Source: a virus
Taxonomy: Duplodnaviria; Caudoviricetes
Length of the DNA stretch: 64,000 nucleotides
IMG/VR virus record: IMGVR_UViG_3300026549_000030
Coordinates: 1-64,000 of that record
Direction: 5' to 3' (one strand)
Below, piece by piece: positions 27,535-36,200 of the stretch. The position numbers and the translations under genes are program-made. Numbering within the stretch: the stretch's first letter is position 1; every line of letters begins with the position of its first letter. Under the pieces are notes generated by a model, which was given only the letters and a program-made list of their open reading frames with translations, did no database searches and had not been told where the DNA came from.

Positions 27535-28569
27535 ATGCGCGGATTTGAAAAAATAGAATTTATCCTTGCTTCGTTCCTTGGACCCCCGAAGAATGGAACC
27601 GACTCGCCGCAGCAACAGTACAACTGCCCTTGCTGTGCGCAGGAGAACGGTGGCGTTCCTGACGGAAAGTACAACCTTGAGGTAAACCTTCAACGAGGAG
27701 TTTACAAGTGTTGGAAATGCGCCGATACGAACGGGACGCAAGGTAGTCTTGGTTCGCTGATAAGGAAGTATGGCGGAAATGCCTTATATCGTCAATATAA
27801 GGAGGAAATCAACGCCCTTATCAAGGCGAAATTATATTCTATTGACGAATTCTTTGGAAGGGGTTCTGCGCTTGTTGAACGTCCGCAGATTAAACTCCCC
27901 GCTTCTTACAAGAAAATCAACCTGAACGGCTATTGTAAGTATAGTGTGAAGGAATATCTTGAAAGCAGGGGAATAACACAGGATATTGTCGATAAATTTA
28001 AATTAGGCTATACCGAACTCGAACCGGATAAACCTGACGGACAGGGGAGAAGTTGGAGTTACAGGATAATAATTCCTTCCTATGATATCGACGGCAAGCT
28101 GAATTTCTACGTCGGAAGGGATTATACAGAAAACGATAAACGTGCGAAATATAAGAATGTAACGGGCGTAAATAAGACGGAAATTATATTCCAAGAATCT
28201 CTTATTGATTGGGACGCGCCGATATATCTTTGTGAGGGCGCCATTGACTGCCTGTTCTTTCCCAACTCGGTTTCAATGTTAGGTAAACACTTGGATAAGG
28301 ACGATTATCTTTGCACGCAGATCAAGAAATGTGCAAACAGCGATGTAATTGTCTGCATAGACGGAGATACAAAACTGTCAGAAACAAAGGCAATATATTC
28401 GCTTCTTAACTATGGAAGATTGAAAGGGAAAATTAAATATATCAGGCTCGGTGAGTCTCCTTGTTTATATAAAGACTTCGGAGAAATTTATCAGAAGGAA
28501 GGAAAACGAGGAATGATGAAAACCGTCAGGCTTGCTAAAACTTTTTCGGAGGCTGAACTCCTATTTTAA
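27535..28569 (+). CDS. DNA primase (zinc-binding domain plus TOPRIM)
   Basis: CPCC...CWKC, EYLESRGI, RIIIPSY..G...YVGR, LCEGAID, CIDGD, KDFGE. Confidence 0.9.
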   Translation: MRGFEKIEFILASFLGPPKNGTDSPQQQYNCPCCAQENGGVPDGKYNLEVNLQRGVYKCWKCADTNGTQGSLGSLIRKYGGNALYRQYKEEINALIKAKLYSIDEFFGRGSALVERPQIKLPASYKKINLNGYCKYSVKEYLESRGITQDIVDKFKLGYTELEPDKPDGQGRSWSYRIIIPSYDIDGKLNFYVGRDYTENDKRAKYKNVTGVNKTEIIFQESLIDWDAPIYLCEGAIDCLFFPNSVSMLGKHLDKDDYLCTQIKKCANSDVIVCIDGDTKLSETKAIYSLLNYGRLKGKIKYIRLGESPCLYKDFGEIYQKEGKRGMMKTVRLAKTFSEAELLF

Positions 28570-28574
28570 ATTTT

Positions 28575-29084
28575 ATGATAGAACTTAAGAGAATGTCGAA
28601 ATTGCAGCGCTATGCTGCTTCGCTTGTTAATGATAAGGATAATGATATAATACAGTCACGCGGAACGAACAGCGTTTACTACAACTTCAACGGAAACCGT
28701 GTCAGGATTTCTGACCATCTGCCCGCTGAACATAATGTAGAAACCTACGGAATGGCGTTGTCAATTATATCAACGGAGGACGATAACACTTTTGTCCTTC
28801 AACGCGAATGCTCGGGCTACCTGACGGTAATAACGTACCGCCGCGCTCAGGAAATCCTTCGCTCTTTTGTATCTTTGGCAAACATAATCAAGCGTCCGGA
28901 GAATAACTTCCATTTGGAACGAGAATTTTATGATGTCGGTGTTACAATCAATGAGATTCCTTCCGAGATGCTAACAGCCAATGAAAGGAAAAAATTAGTG
29001 AACATAATCAACGGCGTGAAACTCCGTATTGGAAGCAACGCCGTCAAGAAAGAAAAGCAAGAGAAAAAACTACCAAAAATATGA
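28575..29084 (+). CDS. Hypothetical protein
   Basis: SVYY....VRISDH motif; ATGA coupling to sbcD. Confidence 0.65.
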   Translation: MIELKRMSKLQRYAASLVNDKDNDIIQSRGTNSVYYNFNGNRVRISDHLPAEHNVETYGMALSIISTEDDNTFVLQRECSGYLTVITYRRAQEILRSFVSLANIIKRPENNFHLEREFYDVGVTINEIPSEMLTANERKKLVNIINGVKLRIGSNAVKKEKQEKKLPKI

Positions 29085-29911
29085 TTCAGAAAATTATTCA
29101 CACAGCGGATATCCACATTCGCAACCTAAGGAGAATGGAGGAATATCAGAGACAGCTTCAGCGATTCGTTGACGAGTGCAAGGCTGAGGCAGAAAAAATC
29201 GGAAGAGAGAACCTGAGAATTGTCATCGCGGGCGACTTGGTGCACAATAAGCTCGATATCAGCGGCGAGGGCTATATTCTTGCTTCGTGGTTCCTTCGTC
29301 AGCTTGACGAGGTTGCGAAGACAATCGTCATAGCCGGCAACCACGACATGAATACCAACAACCTGTCCCGTCTTGATCCACTTTCAGCAATTTTCTCAAT
29401 GTGTAATTTCAAGCAAACGATTTACCTTGACGAAATTTTGGAATATCAGTCTGGAACTTATGTTGACGACAATGTTGTGTGGTGCCTATACTCCATATTC
29501 GATAATTTCGCCCGTCCTGACATTGATAAGGCAAGAATGGACTATGGGGACGACTATACCTATGTAGGGCTCTTCCACGGTGTTATTAACGGCGCTAAAA
29601 CAGACGTTGGATATGCCTTCAACGCAGGATATGACGTATCCTACTTCGACGGCGTTGATTTCTGCCTGTGCGGGCACATTCATAAGAGACAATGCCTTAA
29701 AAACAACGGCGTTCCCATTGTCTACTGCAGTAGCCTCATTCAACAGGACCACGGAGAAAATTTGTCCAAACACGGTTATCTTCTTTGGGACGTTGAGACA
29801 CAAACATACGTTGAACGGGACATTGAAAACGAAGATTACGGTTTCTATACGTTCTCAATCAATAACATAGAAGATATTGACGAAGATAAAGAAGAAATCC
29901 TGAATCTATAA
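29081..29911 (+). CDS. sbcD: SbcD/Mre11/gp47-like metallophosphoesterase nuclease
   Basis: ADIH, AGDLVH, AGNHD, LFHG, GHIHKRQ, Y.SSLIQQ.HGE motifs. Confidence 0.88.
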   Translation: MIQKIIHTADIHIRNLRRMEEYQRQLQRFVDECKAEAEKIGRENLRIVIAGDLVHNKLDISGEGYILASWFLRQLDEVAKTIVIAGNHDMNTNNLSRLDPLSAIFSMCNFKQTIYLDEILEYQSGTYVDDNVVWCLYSIFDNFARPDIDKARMDYGDDYTYVGLFHGVINGAKTDVGYAFNAGYDVSYFDGVDFCLCGHIHKRQCLKNNGVPIVYCSSLIQQDHGENLSKHGYLLWDVETQTYVERDIENEDYGFYTFSINNIEDIDEDKEEILNL

Positions 29912-29951
29912 AAAGAAACTCGGTAATTTTTGAAGAATTACCGAGTTTTTT
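29912..29951. terminator. Bidirectional intrinsic terminator
   Basis: aaactcggtaatt...aattaccgagttt. Confidence 0.85.
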
Positions 29952-29953
29952 CG

Positions 29954-30133
29954 TTAATCATCATAACTTTGCGATACCTCTATTTTCATTTGCATACCAA
30001 TTGGAGAATTTACGTTGTTTCCTCTTGAATAAACTTTGGTATTAACACCGTTGATTGGTACTGTGAATGAACTCATTGTATTTACTGTCTGACTTTCGTA
30101 ATATCTGCCTTTCTGTCTGTCGTATGTTGCCGT
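29954..30133 (-). CDS. Small late gene, possibly with an ACG start
   Basis: TATTTAT (30151-30157), then ACG GCA ACA TAC GAC... open for 59 codons; flanked by terminators. Confidence 0.4.
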   Translation of the reverse strand, partial: TATYDRQKGRYYESQTVNTMSSFTVPINGVNTKVYSRGNNVNSPIGMQMKIEVSQSYDD

Positions 30134-30192
30134 GTGGTAATAATTTATTAATAAATAGTTTTTACAGACGAAATGGCACGGGTATATAAAGA

Positions 30193-30217
30193 AAAACCCC
30201 GCAGAAATGCGGGGTTT
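30193..30217. terminator. Terminator ending the structural operon
   Basis: aaaccccgca-gaaa-tgcggggttt. Confidence 0.85.
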
Positions 30218-30222
30218 GACTA

Positions 30223-33200
30223 TTAAATTGTAATATTTGGCGGGCATACGAATACTGTTTGATCTTGCCCAGCTATTGGCTGTGGAATTGTTATTGATTC
30301 GGTTCCACTGTTGACTGTCAAAACGTTTCCTCCACCATCGCGCACCACATATTCATACCATATGCCCACTCGTGTTCCATATCCAAGTGTGCTGCCTGAG
30401 CCAAAGAAGTACTGATCGCTAGAAACACTGTCATATCCCCACGCTCCTGACGAGCCATATCCAATCGAAATTGCATTACTTGCTATTATCTTGCCAACTT
30501 CATCATTGATACGAATTTTCCATTCAAGATCCTCTGACTGCCGCCCGGTACATGTATATTGTCCTTCGCCGAGGTAAACAAATACATCGCCCATATTTGT
30601 ATTACCACTCTGTGTTATCGTTATTGTTCTCCTGTCCGATGCTGCACTAAACTGTGTATCATAGAGCATAATGCTAATTTGTCTAGAAGTGGCACTAGGA
30701 TTCATAGGAACAGTCACTTGACGTCCTTGTATTAGCATGCCAGAAATATTAGTTGTTGCACTTAAGGCTAATGCCTCTGCGTTGAACGATGTAACGGATA
30801 CGCCTGTAACCGTTTGTGTAGAGCCATCTCCATATGTGTGAAGCTCTGTTCTTTCGGTTTCACCGGATGCGGTAAGAAGTACGCTTGAATTTCCACCAAT
30901 AACCAAACCGCTTCCGCTACCGTTCAATGTGTACGACTTTATAGTAGAATTCGAAACAGATATGGTTACATTCGTAGCATCTCCGCCATCGCCATTAGAA
31001 TTAATTCCTTTGAAGAAGAACCAATCGCCAGGGGATTCTATCTTGAAATCAAACTCGGTATCGTAAAAGGTTGTCGTATCGCCAGACATTCTAGAACAAA
31101 TAAACGTAACTCCGCTTGCATTGTTTTCAATGATACTAACAAATGGCACTGCTTTAAGTGCATAATTGTTATAAGTTGCACCACTTATGCAGCCCTGTGT
31201 GCTTCTTGGCGTTACGCTGACAAATCTATCGGTGTCGGAAACCCACAACCTTGGATAATATAGCCTATACACACCGGCTTTAAACCTAACAAAATGGAGA
31301 TTGGTGTCAGGGGTTGATACGGCAGTTACTCCACTAACAACGCTTGTCGCATCAAAAACATGCAAATCAGTCATTGTTAATCCTGTATATGTCGAGTTTG
31401 CCACATAAACGGTACTTCCAAACATTAACGTCCTTGACTCATGTCCGTAACGTTTCTGTGTCATCATATTTGTCCTGCTAAGCACTATCCACCCATAGAA
31501 TTTGCCATAATCAGGCTCACCAAATCCAAGAAGTTCAATAACTTCATTAGATATTACAAGTCTTCTCTTCGGTATTCCATCCTCAAAGAAATATGCCGAA
31601 TTATTATCTATTTTAATGGCGGTACTGTTGTAGTTATTTCCGTCTTTACCGCGTTCATTATATACCAAAGTTATTCTTCTACCAACTTGTCGGTTATCGC
31701 TAGGTAGTGTTAAGGAATTTTGCCCGCCGCCAATAAAGCCAGTATTTGCTGAAAAGTAAACGTTATCGTTAATCGCAACAACATCTTCTGGTGACATTAC
31801 GGTTGGGGCGTCGTCATCCCATATGTACTCGGAATCCATATCTAACCGCTTAAATGGTTGAGAAAATCTACCAGGCACCGTAAGCATACTTGAATAAACT
31901 TCACCCGTATTGAAATTGACGAAGAAATTCGGAACAAACGCTGATTTCAACAAAATGTTCGGAATGCTTACATCGTCTATTTCGGCTGTTCCTCCACTAT
32001 TTGCTTTTAAGAATAATTTAAATGAGTTAGACTGTGTATAAGCTGTTGAAGAAGGTATGTTTTTACGGTAGATTCCTTCCTTACTAAACATAAACTCACC
32101 GTAGAATACAGCATCACCAATATCACCATAATCCGAAATAAGTATTTCCGTATATAACGCTTTGAACGAATCAAACTTTGTCCAATGCGTATTTACATCC
32201 GGCGTTATGTTATGCGAAGAATATGGATAAGGCCCATCCGAGTCAAGGAACCAATATTCTTTCACCGTATTCTGAACACCGTTTTCTACGGTTGTCCTTT
32301 CATATGAAACATATGGAGCAAGAGTTTCAGTTGTTATATAAGTTTCTCCACTGCTATATGCCCCAGCTGGATAAAGCATTTTTCCTCTTCCGTTCTCTCC
32401 CGGTCTTCCGTCAGCACCCTTAGGAACACTGCTTATCCTTAAATTTTGTTGATATAATATATTATCATAGTTAACCTTCACAGGAATATCTATCGCGCCA
32501 TTAAATCTGTACGTGCTATCTACTCTGATATTGAATGTGCAGACATTTGCATTATATGTTCCATTAAAGGTAACACCTGTACCATATCCAAATTCCTGAT
32601 ATGTACTGCTTACCGCTGAAACATTAAACACAACAGGAACACTTGCGCTAAAAGTAACCTGAGGGTCTGATTCAAATCTCACCGTTCCCGTTATAACCTC
32701 CGTCTGTAAAGGGCTTCCGCTATCATTTGTTGTTATAACGGCATTGTCGGGGGTTAAGTAAAGGAATGATGGATCCTTTTGCCCCTTGTTTCCATTAATT
32801 GAGTATTTTGCGTAATAGTTAACGGAATCGTATGTAACATTTATATCTACGTCAATAGGATTATCGATGTTAATCCCATCCCTCGCAATGAATGTGAGAG
32901 TAACAGAACTATTTGCTGTTGTTGCACTACAGTCAAGCTTGTTGTTTCCATTAACACCCGTGATAACACCGCCAGAGAATGACGTGTTAAACAATTTTAC
33001 GTTAGAGACAGAAAGGTTAACTTTCGTATCTCCCTTTCTGAGAGAAATTTCTGTTGTACATCCCGTATATCCTGTAACGCTTGAAGGTAGGTCAAGAATG
33101 CCATCACTTCCAACAGGTATAAACGAATTCTCAGGGTCTATTGTAAGAACCATCGCATCGTTTCCGTCCTCTCCGTCGCTGACAAGAGGAATTGTTTCGA

Positions 33201-36200
33201 AATCGAGCAATGTACTTCCTGAGAACATATAGACTATAAGATTTTTCTTGTTATAATCTGCACTGGTTAGCGAGATTATCCAAGTAGTCGTGTTCGCTGT
33301 TTGCGCAACTGTAAGAGTCCCGGAAGGAGTTGGCTCAACCCCGAAGTTATACTTCACGGTTGTATCTCCCGTAGTGAGTTGTTCGTCATATCCGCTCCAT
33401 GTTGTGGCGCTTAGTACGAATGTATTCTCCCCGAATGGCTTATGCGTTTCCTTGTCAAATTTAACAATTCCGACGCTTGGTACAAGTCTATAAACTTCTC
33501 CGTCCTTTCCACTAGGAACGCCCGTTATGGTATAGATTGCACTTCTGCTATCACCACCACTTGAAACGGCTTCAACCTTAATTTCATAATGTTTAACTTG
33601 GTTGAATGCAAACCCAGCCGGAAATCTTATTTCAACTTGGTTATTATTAACCGTTGCAGCGGTTGCAACCTTATCATGATTGTTATCATATATGTACTGA
33701 ATCTGAGAATCACCAGAGTATATGTTTACACTGCTTATGGTTAATGCGGTTGTTCCACTATATAGAGATATAGTTCCCGTTGATGCCGTGAAAGCAACAT
33801 CAAGAACATCATCGTTTCCGAGCCCTATTGTGTCATGTTCATTTTCCAAGTCTATTGCTATAGAACCTGCCCCGTCCCTACCGTCATAAAGAACAGGAAC
33901 GGTTTCCTTATCAACAATCGTGTTGCTGAGAACATAGTAGAACGTAATCGAACTAGCTACAAGGAACTGATTTCCTACAGTGTTTCCTGAAAGAGGTATA
34001 TAGCCGCATGCTTCGGTTGCATAGTTTCCAGTACTTGCGGAATATGGCATCGACTTTTTGAATGTGTAAGAAATCTGTGTACCGTTATCAATCCATGTAA
34101 ATGTCTTGAATGTCGTTCCACTGTTTGCCGTTAACTCATTATAGCTATTATAAACAATATCAAATGACACCCATATATTCTTGTTATCAGCTTCGCTTAC
34201 ACCCTCTATTGCCAAACAGGTAATCTTGTTAACGTTAATAAACTTATCCGTTGAGTTACTGTAATACACCTTGATAAAGTCATCGGAAGGAACAAGCCTT
34301 GTGACAACGCCATCCTCGCCACTTTCAAGCCCAGTAATTGTAAACACCTTCGACATTGGATGTGAAGTACCATTTACGTTAACCTGAATATGCTTGATTG
34401 CGTAATCGCCTCTGAAGTCAATATGGTTATTTTCTCCCTTGAGCACAATTTTTACTTCTGCTGTCTTTGTGCTTGCAGTATATCCACTCACTAAGACAAT
34501 CTTATTATCATTAATAAGGGCTTGTGTGTTTGTATAATCTGAATTTCCGGAGTATGCACTTATTGTAATAGTGTCTATTGAAACAGCCTCTGTTCCATAG
34601 AACATTCTTACCATTGTAGAAGCCGTTACATCTGAATCGAGTGTTCCATTTCCTCCAATGCCAATTGCCTCAACTTCGTTGCTCAAATCAAGTGTAATAG
34701 AGCCTGCGCCATCTGCGCCATCGTAAATAACGGGAACCGTTTCTCTATCAATAATTGTTGTGACGGTATTTCCATTAAACGCAACATAATAGAATGTTAT
34801 ACAATTATCAATAATTAAATTTCCTGTATTATCGTCTGTTAGATCAATGGCAGTTCCGCATGAAGATGTGCTTGCTGTTGCAATGTCGTTATATCTGAAA
34901 ACGGTTCCTCCTGTTAATCCATCAGTTAATCCTTGTGCGGTATATATTGTGTCATCTTTTGATACAAGTATATTATCTCGCCCGCCAGAAACTTCTCCGC
35001 TTCCGTTATAAACTGAGCAAGTCATACAATCAATAGATGCTTCACCGCCATTGTTAACGCTTATAACATCCGCAGAAGGAACAATCTTGAATACCTGTCC
35101 ATCCTTTCCTTCTTTGAGTCCGACAACCGTGAAAACTTTTGACATAGGAAAAGCTTCACCGCCAGAACTTTGTGTATATCCGGTTACACTGATAAGGAAC
35201 TGCCTATGTTCTGTCTTATCATAGAATGAAATCTTGTTTTGCGCCGTTGCATTAAGTCCTATTTGTATTTTAACTCCAGACAAATGGTCTCTTGACGTCT
35301 TATAGTTTTTAACAATTTTAATTGTGTCGTTTCCTATAAGAGCATCGGTTCCATCATTTTGCCCCGTATTTCCGGCGGCAGACGCACCATAGCCAACCAC
35401 AGTCACATCATCACTTAGATTTCTAACATAAAGTGGCTCCGTTCCGTTATAAATCATAAAACTTGTTACAGCAGTCGTAGCTGATTCGAACATAAGGTCG
35501 TCCCCAACTCCAATCGGCTCAATCTCATTGTCAAGTTCCATTACTGAATATCCCGCGCCATCCTTTCCATCTTTTTGGATAAGGATTGTTTCTCTATCTG
35601 ATACAGGAATCATCCAATCTGTTGCCCCAATATATTTTGTAACAAGATAGAATACAACATACTGAGGATTTAACAAGTATTGCTGATAATTTGCCATATC
35701 AGTTAAATCGAACTCAGCCTTATTTTCAGTAGCCGTTTCTGAATTCCATATTAGCAATGTGCTACCCGTTATGTCGTCTACATCTGTATATGTTACACCA
35801 GTAGATACATATATTCTTGCTTCGCTAAAATATGTTCCGGCGCTAATCAATCCAAGAAGTTTCTGCTCATTATAGAATGGCTCAACAATAAGGCTTGTCT
35901 TATCAGCACTTCCTGTGTCAATTGTTCCTGTATTCGGGTTATAAAGAATAACATCAGTGCTTGTAATAAGCTCAAATTCTGCACCATCTTCACCGCCTTG
36001 AACGCCTGTTATTTCAAAAACAGCAGCCGGTATTGCCACACCGTCTTTCTTTGGCGTTATAACAAATTCTATTGTTTGGTCATATTCAAAACTTGCCCCA
36101 CTAACAACTTCAAATGTTATCTTATTCATGTTTGTTCCACTGAACACAACACCGATATTGATAGTTCTTCCGCCGTCAACAATAGTATCACTAGTGTGCC

